In this document: piece after piece, positions 9,387 to 18,034 of the stretch
Layout of the letters: the number at the start of each line of letters is the position of its first letter
Position numbering within the stretch: position 1 is the first letter of the stretch
Source: Chloroflexota bacterium
Lineage (GTDB): Bacteria; Chloroflexota; Limnocylindria; Limnocylindrales; CSP1-4
Reading direction: 5' to 3'
NCBI GenBank assembly: GCA_021783095.1
Contig: JAJXUG010000011.1
Coordinates: 22,322-86,321, forward strand
Length of the DNA stretch: 64,000 nucleotides
Notes under the pieces: model-generated
Told to the model about the DNA's origin: nothing
The model's database searches: none
What the model saw: the letters and a program-made list of their open reading frames with translations, nothing else
Program-made: the position numbers and the translations under genes

Positions 9387-10277
9387 CTACAGGATCTTGT
9401 CGACCTCGTCCAGGAGGACCTGGGGGGTCGCCGCGCGGATGAAGTAGAACGGGCGATCGCAGAAGCTCGCGACGAAGTCGGCGCGCCGCTGGCGCAGCTG
9501 GTCATTGTCGAGCATCGGGATGACGTGCCCCGGCGCGAGCAGCTCGTTGGTCAGGAAGTAGTTCTGGAGCGAGTGCAGGAACTGGAACTGCGCCTCGAAC
9601 GGGATGAGGCGGTTCGTGGCCGGGTCGAAGTTGCCGTCGATCGCCGGGACGATGACGAGGTCGATGTTCGGCGGCTCGCCCTCGTACATGGCCCACGTGG
9701 GCATGCGGCCCCAGAACTTCTCGACGCCCTTGTTGGGCGCGGCCTTGTCCGAGCGCTCCGTGCCTTCCGTGCGCTTCACGAGGAACGGTGCCTCGGACCC
9801 CATGGCGGCCCTGCCGTCCTGGCTGATGACCGTCGTCTCCGACGCCACTTGGAGCGCGCCACGGATGCCCGCCTCGATGAGGCCCATGCTCTTGCCGTGG
9901 TTGGACTCGCCGCCCAGGAACAGGAGGGTCCTGCCGCGGTACTGGACCGCCGCGCTGTGCGACGGGTGCAGGCCAACGTCCTCCATGCGCAGGGCGAGGA
10001 CGGCCACGATCACCTTCTGGAGCGGCCCAGCCGGCCAGTTTCCGGTGAACGTCACGGTGCGGCCGTCGTAGCGGACGGCCTTGTCGCCGTCCTGCTGCCA
10101 CACGATGTCGGGCGCGTCCAGCGTGACCGTCGGGGAGATCCGGACATCGGCGAGGCGGTAGTTGAGGAACGTGAGGTCGTCGAGCACGTGCTCGCGCGGC
10201 TCGCCACCATGGACGTCGACCCGGAGGCGGGCGGCGCCCGCCGAGAACTCCTCGGTCAGCCTGAGCGTGTCGTTCAT
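9387..10277 (-). CDS. Hypothetical protein with a divergent HPr-kinase/PEPCK-type P-loop
   Basis: LHPSHSAAVQYRGRTLLFLGGESNHGKS resembles the HprK-related H-x-A-A...GxSGxGKS pattern; GAAAGG RBS; strong coding bias. Confidence 0.6.
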   Translation of the reverse strand: MNDTLRLTEEFSAGAARLRVDVHGGEPREHVLDDLTFLNYRLADVRISPTVTLDAPDIVWQQDGDKAVRYDGRTVTFTGNWPAGPLQKVIVAVLALRMEDVGLHPSHSAAVQYRGRTLLFLGGESNHGKSMGLIEAGIRGALQVASETTVISQDGRAAMGSEAPFLVKRTEGTERSDKAAPNKGVEKFWGRMPTWAMYEGEPPNIDLVIVPAIDGNFDPATNRLIPFEAQFQFLHSLQNYFLTNELLAPGHVIPMLDNDQLRQRRADFVASFCDRPFYFIRAATPQVLLDEVDKIL

Positions 10278-10385
10278 CGTGTCCTTTCTCGATCGGGGAA
10301 GGGGCTGGGACGCTGGGGGACGGGACGCTGGGGGACGGGCGGCGCTCGAGCCCGGGGGCCCGGGCGCCGCTGCCGTGCGTCTCGG

Positions 10386-12119
10386 CTAGAGGATCGTCAC
10401 CTCGCCGACGTTGCCGTCGACGCGGATCCGGTCCCCGGTCTTGATGCGATAGGTGCCGACCGAGGTTCCGACGACGGCCGGGATCTCGTACTCGCGGGCG
10501 AGCACGGCCGGGTGGGCAACCATGTCGCCGGCGTTGGTCACGACCGCGATGATCTTGCCGTACAGCACCTGCCATGCCGGGTTGGTCATCTCGCAGACGA
10601 GGATCTCGCCCGGGACGAGGCTGTCGAACTCGTCGGTGGATATGACGACGCGCGCCGTGCCCTCGACGACGCCCGGCGACCCGCCGATGCCGACGATCGT
10701 CTTGCCGTGCATCTCGCGCGGCCGGTTGAACTTGTCGGGGAAGCCCCACAGGTTGAGGTACGGGAAGGCGAGCTGCGTCGCCGTCGCGGTCCCCACCCAG
10801 TCCACGGGCCGGACCTTCTCGGCGGCCTCGCGCTTGGCGCGCGCCGCGGCCACCATCGCCCGGCCGGCCTCCGGCTCCGGGGCGCCCATGAACTCGCGGA
10901 GCGCGTTGTAGCGGAACAGGATCACGTCGTCCGGGCGGTCCAGCATGCCCATCTCGACGAGCTTCTCGCCGATGGCGATGAGCACGAGTCGGACATGCGC
11001 GTTGGCGCCCTGGTCGATGTAGAAGTGGTGGTCCGGCGTGAGCGGGGCCATCTTGAGGTTGATGTCGTTGGCGGTGCGCATCTCCTCGAGCGCCTCGCCC
11101 TCGAGCCCCTCGAGGATCTCCCGGCTCGCCGCCTCGATGTCGGCCTTGAGGGCCGCGACCTTGGTCGGGTAGTCGTAGTCGGAGGTGTACTGGTCGCGGA
11201 CCAGCTGGATCACCGGGTTCATGTCCTCGCGGAACGAGGGATAGATGAACTCGTGGCTCCAGACCGCGTGCCAGCCGAACTCCTTCTGGTACGGGACGAC
11301 GCGCTCGTCGATGAAGCGGCGCCCGCGCTCGGTGGCATGGAGGGCCGGGATGATCTCGTGGGCCGTGGGCTGCTCGAAGGCCGCCTTGAGCGCGTCGTCG
11401 CCCTTGAGCTCCTCCTTCATCTCCCACAGCGCGTGGATCTTGTCCCAGTTCCGGTCATCGGCGGAGTTCTGGAGCCGGCCGAGGAGGACCTGGTCCACCT
11501 TGCCGTGGGTCTTCTCCATGACCGCCCTGAGGTTGAGCGTCGCGCTGAGCTGCGCGAAGTTCAGCATCCAGTGGATCTTCCAGTGGCGGTCGTGCATGTC
11601 GACGGCGTCCTCGAGGAGGACAGCCAGGTCGGCAAGGGACAGCTCCGCCTTCCGGTCGAGCATCGCCTCGATGTAGTCGAAGTTGCGCTGCATCTCGGGG
11701 ACGAAGCGGGTCTTCCACCAGAAGGTGAAGTTGTTGCCATAGACCGGCAGCACGAGGCCCAGGTACGCCCCGATCTTGGCGACGTACTCGTTGTCCTCGG
11801 GGACGATGGGGTTCGTCCGGTAGTTGTACTCCTGCGTGTCCACCACGATGCCCGCCTCGGCGGGGATGGCGGTCGTGTACAGGTACCCGTTGATGTTCTT
11901 GTAGATCCAGTCCGTCGCGAACGGCGTCCCGAATCGGCGGAACATGTGGTCGCAGGAGAGCCACCAGCCGCCGATGTCCTCGTACATCGGGCTCAGCGGC
12001 TTGGGGCAGTGGAGATCGTCGAAGACCCAGAACAGGAGCTTCTCGGTCTCGGACGCCCACTCGATCGGGAACGTCTCGTCCCCGAGGAACTGGCCCAGGA
12101 CCTCTTCCTTGAGCGGCAC
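10386..12119 (-). CDS. PEP-utilising enzyme: substrate-binding domain plus mobile phospho-His domain (rifampin phosphotransferase/PpsA C-terminal-like), no ATP-grasp
   Basis: GIGGSPGVVEGTARVV, GEILVCEMTNPAW, AHPAVLAREYEIPAVVG and IRVDGNVGEV motifs; AAGGAGG RBS before the GTG start. Confidence 0.85.
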   Translation of the reverse strand: MPLKEEVLGQFLGDETFPIEWASETEKLLFWVFDDLHCPKPLSPMYEDIGGWWLSCDHMFRRFGTPFATDWIYKNINGYLYTTAIPAEAGIVVDTQEYNYRTNPIVPEDNEYVAKIGAYLGLVLPVYGNNFTFWWKTRFVPEMQRNFDYIEAMLDRKAELSLADLAVLLEDAVDMHDRHWKIHWMLNFAQLSATLNLRAVMEKTHGKVDQVLLGRLQNSADDRNWDKIHALWEMKEELKGDDALKAAFEQPTAHEIIPALHATERGRRFIDERVVPYQKEFGWHAVWSHEFIYPSFREDMNPVIQLVRDQYTSDYDYPTKVAALKADIEAASREILEGLEGEALEEMRTANDINLKMAPLTPDHHFYIDQGANAHVRLVLIAIGEKLVEMGMLDRPDDVILFRYNALREFMGAPEPEAGRAMVAAARAKREAAEKVRPVDWVGTATATQLAFPYLNLWGFPDKFNRPREMHGKTIVGIGGSPGVVEGTARVVISTDEFDSLVPGEILVCEMTNPAWQVLYGKIIAVVTNAGDMVAHPAVLAREYEIPAVVGTSVGTYRIKTGDRIRVDGNVGEVTIL

Positions 12120-12314
12120 GTGTGCCTCCTTGTCCGGAGAGTGGTGTGCTGCATCGGCGGACCCTCCCCGCCGGTGAGCGAGCTCGGGTGTCGGTCTCCC
12201 TTGGTCCGGTCTCAGCCTCCTGGTGTCGGGTCCCGGCCGGCGGGTCCGGCCGCCGCCCCTCGCCGCGCACGCGAGTGGAAGCGCCTGGTGACGCCGCGGG
12301 GGACGCTGCGACGG

Positions 12315-12389
12315 TTGCCGTCCGGTGGCGTCGCGGTATTCTTCGATAATCGATTACTGATGGTAGGGACGCCCACGTCAGCCCGTCAA
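12315..12389. promoter_or_regulatory. Face-to-face divergent sigma70-like promoters with an operator-like motif between them
   Basis: + strand TTGCCG-16-TATTCT (12315-12342); - strand TTGACG-18-TACCAT (12389-12360); TCGATAATCGATTACTGAT at 12343-12361. Confidence 0.65.
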
Positions 12390-12473
12390 GGGCCGCCGAA
12401 CTCGCGCCCCGCCCGATGCCAACGACTGACAGCGGACGAGCGCTCACGCCCCGTCCGGCCCGGAGGTCCGCCG

Positions 12474-12842
12474 ATGTTCACCCGTATCGCCCGCGAGGAT
12501 GCCGAGCAGCATCCCCTCCCCGGTCGCGTCTGGCATTCGTACTTCGGGCCCGGCAGCGGCGTGTCCGAGCGCGTCTCGCTGGGGGCATCCGTCTACCCGC
12601 CGGGGTCGAAGCCTGAAGGCCATGTGCACCCGGGCGAGGAGGAGACCATCTACTGCGCCGCTGGCCGCGGCCGGATCGTGACGCCCGACGGCGTCGCCGA
12701 CGTCTCGCCCGGCGTGGTCGTCCACGTCGCGCCCGGCACATTCCATGCGACAGAGGCTGACGGGCCCGAGCCGCTCGAGCTGCTGTGCATCTTCACGCCG
12801 CCGGTGGTCTCGGGCTCGTACGAGAACAAGGAGCCGGCATGA
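12474..12842 (+). CDS. Cupin domain protein
   Basis: GHVHPGEEETIY and VAPGTFHAT cupin motifs; GGAGG RBS; ATGA overlap with the next gene. Confidence 0.85.
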   Translation: MFTRIAREDAEQHPLPGRVWHSYFGPGSGVSERVSLGASVYPPGSKPEGHVHPGEEETIYCAAGRGRIVTPDGVADVSPGVVVHVAPGTFHATEADGPEPLELLCIFTPPVVSGSYENKEPA

Positions 12843-13747
12843 GCGCCTCGGTTGCGGCGGATCCCCATCTCGACCACCTGCGCGAGATGGCGCGCCGGAT
12901 CCGGGTGGAGGTCATCCGCTCCGTGTACCACGCGAAGGCCGGCCACCTGGGCGGTCCCCTCTCGGCGGCCGACCTCCTCGCCGCGCTGTACTTCCATGAG
13001 CTGCGGGTCCGCCCCGAGGAGCCGCGCTGGGAGGACCGCGACCGGTTCATCCTGTCCAAGGGCCACTCGTCGATCGGGCTCTACGCCGCGATGGCGCTGC
13101 GCGGCTTCTTCACGCTCGAGGAGCTGCTCACCTTCGACGGCGCCAACTCCCGCCTCCAGGGCCACCCCGACATGACGCGCCTGCCCGGCCTCGACATGTC
13201 GACGGGCTCCCTGGGCATGGGCATCTCGGCCGGGATGGGCATGGCGCTCGGCGCCCGACTCACCGGCCGCGACGTCCGCGTCTTCGTGATGCTCGGCGAC
13301 GGCGAGTGCCAGGAGGGCGAGGTCTGGGAGGCCGCGATGGCCGCGCCCCGCTACCGGCTCGACAACCTCGTCGTCATCGTCGACCACAACCGTCTCCAGC
13401 AGTACGGCTGGCCCGGCGATGGCCCCGACGGCCGCATGGCTCCGCAGGCCCCGGGCGAGCTCGTCGCGAAGTGGCACGCCTTCGGCTGGCGCGTGCTCCA
13501 CATCGACGGTCACGACATGGCCTCGATCCTCGACGCATTCGAGCAGGCGGCTGCGGGCGACGGCAGGCCGGCCGTCATCATTGCCGACACCGTGAAGGGC
13601 AAGGGCGTCTCGTTCATGGAGGGCCGCTACTTCTGGCACACGCGGGCGATCAAGCCCGAGGAGTACGCGCAGGCGATGCGCGACCTGGGCGAGCCCGACC
13701 CCGCGGCCGATCCCCAGGCGGCCGTCGCGCCGGAGGCTGTCCGATGA
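12839..13747 (+). CDS. Transketolase N-terminal (TPP-binding) subunit
   Basis: GHLGGPLS, DRFILSKGH, LQGHP, STGSLGMG and GDGECQEGEVWEA motifs. Confidence 0.93.
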   Translation: MSASVAADPHLDHLREMARRIRVEVIRSVYHAKAGHLGGPLSAADLLAALYFHELRVRPEEPRWEDRDRFILSKGHSSIGLYAAMALRGFFTLEELLTFDGANSRLQGHPDMTRLPGLDMSTGSLGMGISAGMGMALGARLTGRDVRVFVMLGDGECQEGEVWEAAMAAPRYRLDNLVVIVDHNRLQQYGWPGDGPDGRMAPQAPGELVAKWHAFGWRVLHIDGHDMASILDAFEQAAAGDGRPAVIIADTVKGKGVSFMEGRYFWHTRAIKPEEYAQAMRDLGEPDPAADPQAAVAPEAVR

Positions 13748-14691
13748 CGACGATGACGATGGGCCGACCGCAGCGAGAGGTCTTCGGCGAGACGGTTGCC
13801 GCCCTGGCGAACGACGACCCCCGGGTGGTGGTGGTCGACGGCGACGTGGGCTCGTCCACGCGGGCGGACATCTTCGAGAAGGCGCACCCGGACCGCTACC
13901 TCCAGATGGGCATCGCGGAGCAGAACATGCTCGGCGTCGCCGCCGGGCTCGCGACGATGGGCCTCGTGCCGTTCATCAGCACCTTCGTCGCGTTCGCGGT
14001 CGTGCGGCCGCTCGACCAGGTGCGCGTCCTCATCGCCCAGCCCTCGGCCAACGTGAAGATCACGCCGAGCTATGGCGGCCTGTCCACCGGCCAGACCGGG
14101 ATGAGCCACATCATCGTCGACGACATCGCGATCATGCGGTCGCTGCCCAACATGGCGGTCGTCCTCCCCGCGGACGACACGGAGGCCGACGAGGTCCTCC
14201 GCTGGGCTGCGGCCCACGTGGGACCGGTCTACGTGCGGCTCGGCCGCGACGCCACGCCGCGCGTCTTCGGCCCGGACCACGCCTTCCGGCTCGGCCGAGC
14301 CGAGGTGGTCCGCGAGGGCTCGGACGTGACGCTCATCTCGACCGGCGGGCAGACGGCCAGAACCCTCGAGGCGGCGGAGCTGCTCGCCGCACAAGGGATC
14401 TCGGCACACGTCCTCCACGTCGCCACCGTCAAGCCGCTCGACATCGATGCGATCGTGGCCGCGGCCGGGCGGACCGGACGGGTGATCACGGTCGAGGAGG
14501 GCACGGTGATCGGCGGGCTGGGTGGTGCCGTCGCGGAGGCGCTGGGCGAGCACCGGCCGACGCGCGTGCATCGGATCGGCCTCCAGGACGTCGACGTGCA
14601 GTCGGGGCCCAACGACGCGCTGCTCGACATCTACGGGCTGTCCGGCGCGCGCGTTGCCGAGCAGGTTCGGCGCATCCTCGCCCAGGGCTGA
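13744..14691 (+). CDS. Transketolase C-terminal (pyrimidine-binding) subunit
   Basis: GIAEQNM, GPVYVRLGR and TVEEGTVIGGLG motifs; ATGA overlap. Confidence 0.93.
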   Translation: MTTMTMGRPQREVFGETVAALANDDPRVVVVDGDVGSSTRADIFEKAHPDRYLQMGIAEQNMLGVAAGLATMGLVPFISTFVAFAVVRPLDQVRVLIAQPSANVKITPSYGGLSTGQTGMSHIIVDDIAIMRSLPNMAVVLPADDTEADEVLRWAAAHVGPVYVRLGRDATPRVFGPDHAFRLGRAEVVREGSDVTLISTGGQTARTLEAAELLAAQGISAHVLHVATVKPLDIDAIVAAAGRTGRVITVEEGTVIGGLGGAVAEALGEHRPTRVHRIGLQDVDVQSGPNDALLDIYGLSGARVAEQVRRILAQG

Positions 14692-14739
14692 CGCAGGGCG
14701 CCGTCCCCGGGCCGAGCGGTCAGCCGGCGGCGGCGCTCG

Positions 14740-15417
14740 TCAGCGGGCGGCGGCGGCTTCGGGCACGTCCCAGCCCGCGCGAAGCATCCCGGCCGCCTCG
14801 TCGAAGTGGTGGCGCAGTGCCTCCTGCACCGCCTCGGCATCCCGCGCCTGAAGCGCGTCGAGCACGGCTCGATGCAGATCGGTCGTCCAACTGGGCCCCT
14901 CTCGGGCCGACGCGATCGTGATGTACGTCCGCGAGAAGGGCTCCACCGTGCCCCAGGTGCGCTGGAGCGTCAGGCTGCCCGACTGCCGCACCAAGCGCGC
15001 GTGGAACGCCGAATCGGCGCGTGCCGCCTCATGGCGGTCACCGGTCGCGGCCGCCGCCTCCATCGCCCCCTGGAGCCTCGCGAAGTCCGCGAGGTCGGAG
15101 TCGGCGAGGAGCGGGACCGCCAGACGGGCGGCAAGACATTCAAGCTCGCACCGCACGACGAATGCCTCGATCAGCTCGTCGAGCGAGGGTCGTCGGACAC
15201 GGGCGCCCTGGAACGGCAGGATCTCGACGAGCCCGAGCGCCTCGAGCGCTCGGAGCGCTTCGCGGACGGGCGCCTGGCTGACGCCCAGCTCGCGGGCGAC
15301 GCGGGTCTCCACGATCCGGCTGTCGGGAGGGTAGCGGCCATCGAGGATGCCCTGGAGCAGGCGGTCCCCCACCTGCTCTGCGAGAACGCTGCGCTGGATC
15401 GAGATGTGGTCTGGCAT
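14740..15417 (-). CDS. GntR (FadR/FCD) family transcriptional regulator
   Basis: RIVETRVARELGVSQAPVREAL wHTH and ADSAFH FCD motif. Confidence 0.93.
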   Translation of the reverse strand: MPDHISIQRSVLAEQVGDRLLQGILDGRYPPDSRIVETRVARELGVSQAPVREALRALEALGLVEILPFQGARVRRPSLDELIEAFVVRCELECLAARLAVPLLADSDLADFARLQGAMEAAAATGDRHEAARADSAFHARLVRQSGSLTLQRTWGTVEPFSRTYITIASAREGPSWTTDLHRAVLDALQARDAEAVQEALRHHFDEAAGMLRAGWDVPEAAAAR

Positions 15418-15576
15418 GTCCGCTCAAGCTGGCCTGGGCTGTCGCCCCTGTGAGTCTAGCGGGGCGCATCCGCCGGTTCCGGCCCATTGGCGCCAACCCG
15501 CCCGCTGGACCAGCCCGACTCCGAGGCTCCGAGCGGGGCCCGATGGCTCGATTGGCGGGCAAAGCGTACGCCGGTA

Positions 15577-15615
15577 TTGCGCACCTGATCATCAGTAATC
15601 TATGATCGATCATCG
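15577..15615 (+). promoter_or_regulatory. Sigma70-like promoter overlapped by a 7-bp-periodic operator-like motif
   Basis: TTGCGC-18-TATGAT; 15591-15609 reverse complement TCGATCATAGATTACTGAT matches the 12343 motif at 17/19. Confidence 0.6.
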
Positions 15616-15736
15616 CCTCACGTCCCAGGGAGGGACAAGGCGCTGGCGGCAAGCCCCCGGCCGCCGTCCATCGCACGCGGGGACGGTCGCGGTGGTTCCG
15701 GGCCGAGCCCTCGGGTTGGGAGGTTCGATCGCCGAC

Positions 15737-16324
15737 ATGAAGGCGTTACCGCTCTGGATCGCCGTCCCCATCACCGTCGTGGTCAGCCTGCCCTTCGGGC
15801 TCTGGCTCGGGGTCTGGTCACTTCCCCTCTGGGCTTCGTTCATCGTCTGGGCCGAGTACTTCCAGCTCGGCGCCAAGCCCGCCGCGCTCAAGCTGATGGT
15901 GCCGGGCTTCATCGCGGGTGCGATCGGCGCCGGCTTCGTCTGTGCGGTCTCGCTTGTCATCGGCAAGGTCCTGAACAACCCAACGGCCGTCAGCACGGGC
16001 GACATCCCCTGGTTCATCGGGATGCTCCTCGCCTTCATCCCCGTCATCTACGTGATGAAGTACCTGCCGTTCACATCGGGCCCAGGTGGCCTGTGCTTCT
16101 TCAACGGCATCTCGATGGGCCTGGCGACGTTCTTCGTCGGGCTGTACGGGGGCTACGGCGGCATGAAGATGCCCGACGGGCTCGAGTACCTCGTGCCGAT
16201 CATCACCACGATCCCCGCGATCCTCGCGGGCATCCTCGGCGCGTTCCTCGGGTGGTTCAACGTGGTGATCATGACGCCCTGGGCGAAGGAGCCCCAGCCC
16301 GCTGCCTCGCCCGCGAAGGCCTGA
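15737..16324 (+). CDS. DUF1097-like integral membrane protein
   Basis: About 6 hydrophobic segments, WASFIVWAEYF motif, GGAGG RBS. Confidence 0.7.
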   Translation: MKALPLWIAVPITVVVSLPFGLWLGVWSLPLWASFIVWAEYFQLGAKPAALKLMVPGFIAGAIGAGFVCAVSLVIGKVLNNPTAVSTGDIPWFIGMLLAFIPVIYVMKYLPFTSGPGGLCFFNGISMGLATFFVGLYGGYGGMKMPDGLEYLVPIITTIPAILAGILGAFLGWFNVVIMTPWAKEPQPAASPAKA

Positions 16325-16338
16325 CGATCCAGCTCTCC

Positions 16339-16375
16339 CCGCGGCCCGCCCCCACACCTCGGGGGCGGGCCGCGG
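16339..16375. terminator. 15-bp GC stem-loop between convergent genes
   Basis: CCGCGGCCCGCCCCC-acacctc-GGGGGCGGGCCGCGG. Confidence 0.65.
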
Positions 16376-16379
16376 CGCG

Positions 16380-17237
16380 TCAGGAGGACGTCGTGGCCCC
16401 AACGCCGGGCAGGGACGTCCGCGGGTCAGCCGCGTCGGGCTCGAGCAGCGCGGCCCGGAGGCGTGCTCCCGCCGCGCCAAGCCCCAGCCACTGCCCGACG
16501 TAGGCATCCATGGAGCCGTGGACCAGGGCGACCTCCTCGAGCCCCGCGCGCAGGTACGACGCCCGCACGCCAACCAGGGCGTCGAGGTCCGCCTCGTCCC
16601 CTCCGTCCGCCACGTGGCGCTCGATGGCCGGCCGCATCAGTTCACGGATGGCCTCGTTGCCCGCCATGTAGTCGGCAAGGACCTCGGCCTCGCCCACGCC
16701 GAGGTAGGTAAGGAGGACGGCTGCGGCCCATCCGGTGCGGTCCTTCCCCGTCGAGCAGTGGAAGACCGCGGGCAGTGCGCCCTCGGACGCCAGCGACGCC
16801 AGCAGCAGCCCGAAGGCTCGGCGAGGGCTGTCGCCCGTCACGAAGTCGCGGAACTTGGCCTCGAAGCCGGCCTCGGCGCGGCCGTCACCGAAGGCAGCCT
16901 GCCGCTGCGCGGGCGTCTCGAGCGCGTGGAGCTGCCACATCGGGCTGCGCACCACGTCGTCGCGGTTGACGTCGGCGACGACGTACGCGGTGCCAGCCGG
17001 GAGCAGGTGCGCTTCCGGCGCGCGCTCGCGCTCCCATGCCGACCGAAGGTCGACGACCGTGCGAACGCCGATCCGCTCGAGGGTCGCGAGGTCGCGGGCG
17101 GATGCCCGAGCCAGGGCCGGCGACCGGAACAGCAGCCCCGACCGGACGCGGAGGCCATCGGCGGCGGGGAGACCGCCGAGGTCGCGGAGGTTGGGCAGGT
17201 CGAAGGCGGGCGCGCCAACGGGCATCGGCGAGGTCAT
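16380..17237 (-). CDS. Tyrosine/serine phosphatase family protein (Y_phosphatase3, PtpB/IphP-like)
   Basis: NLRDLGG, VVDLRS and HCSTGKDRTG (Cx5R P-loop). Confidence 0.9.
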   Translation of the reverse strand: MTSPMPVGAPAFDLPNLRDLGGLPAADGLRVRSGLLFRSPALARASARDLATLERIGVRTVVDLRSAWERERAPEAHLLPAGTAYVVADVNRDDVVRSPMWQLHALETPAQRQAAFGDGRAEAGFEAKFRDFVTGDSPRRAFGLLLASLASEGALPAVFHCSTGKDRTGWAAAVLLTYLGVGEAEVLADYMAGNEAIRELMRPAIERHVADGGDEADLDALVGVRASYLRAGLEEVALVHGSMDAYVGQWLGLGAAGARLRAALLEPDAADPRTSLPGVGATTSS

Positions 17238-17246
17238 GCGGCGTGA

Positions 17247-17915
17247 CTAGGGGTGAGGTGCCAAGCCCTGGAGGCTGCTGATCATGTGGTGCGACGCGTC
17301 CTCGAAGTGGCGGATCAACGCCGCCTGGACCGCCGCGGGATCACGGCCGCGCAGGGCCGCCAGGATCGGCGGGTGGAGGCCCACGGTCCACGCCAGGTCA
17401 GCGTTGGGCGCGACGAGCGTCATGTACGTGCGCGACACGGGCTCGAGCGACCGCCACACCCTGCCCAGCATGGCGTTGCCCGAGAGCTGGAGCACACGAG
17501 CGTGGAATGCCGCGTCCCGCTCCGCGACGACATGTCGATCGCCCGCCACGGCTGCCGCCTGCAGGGCGTCGTGGAGCTCCGTGATCTCGGCGAGGTCGGC
17601 CTCGGTCATGCGCGGCACGCCGAGGCGAACGCCGAGCGACTCGAGGGTGGCCCGGACCTCGTAGGCCTCCATCAGCTCGTCTGACGAGGGCCGGCGCACG
17701 CGGGCGCCCTTGAACGGCAGGATGTCGACGACGCCAAGGGCGTCGAGCGAGCGGAGGGCCTCGCGGACTGGCGCCTGGCTCGTGCCGAGGTCGCGCGCCA
17801 CGCGGGTCTCCACGATCCTCGAATCGGGCGGGAAGCGGCCGCTGAAGATCCCCTGGAGCAGGTAGTCGCGGACTTGGTCAGCCAGGACGTTGCGCGTGAT
17901 CGAGTCGTCGGTCAT
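17247..17915 (-). CDS. GntR (FadR/FCD) family regulator, paralogue of 14740..15417
   Basis: RIVETRVARDLGTSQAPVREAL, RDAAFH and EPVSRTY, shared with the first GntR. Confidence 0.93.
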   Translation of the reverse strand: MTDDSITRNVLADQVRDYLLQGIFSGRFPPDSRIVETRVARDLGTSQAPVREALRSLDALGVVDILPFKGARVRRPSSDELMEAYEVRATLESLGVRLGVPRMTEADLAEITELHDALQAAAVAGDRHVVAERDAAFHARVLQLSGNAMLGRVWRSLEPVSRTYMTLVAPNADLAWTVGLHPPILAALRGRDPAAVQAALIRHFEDASHHMISSLQGLAPHP

Positions 17916-17947
17916 CGCTCCTCCACTCGCGCCGCAGGGCCGGGTCG

Positions 17948-17990
17948 TTGACCGGCCTCCACGGGTCCCGTATTCTCGATCATCGATGAT
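17948..17990 (+). promoter_or_regulatory. Sigma70-like promoter with an operator-like motif over the start site
   Basis: TTGACC-17-TATTCT followed by TCGATCATCGATGAT (17976-17990). Confidence 0.65.
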
Positions 17991-18034
17991 ACGGCGCGCA
18001 GCAAGGTACTGGAGCGCCTGGGAGAAGGAGCCGC

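Noticed and set aside
2577-12119. Anaerobic phenol pathway (phenylphosphate synthase plus 4-hydroxybenzoyl-CoA reductase), tempting given tpl
   Set aside because: No UbiD-type phenylphosphate carboxylase or CoA ligase in the window, and neighbours point to sugar and amide chemistry
8952-12842. Very long ORFs such as 8952..12842, 2769..5690, 21153..24011, 40569..43685 and 46082..49606
   Set aside because: Antisense or shifted-frame shadows of well-supported genes, expected in high-GC DNA; only the last 122 aa of 8952..12842 (the cupin) is credible
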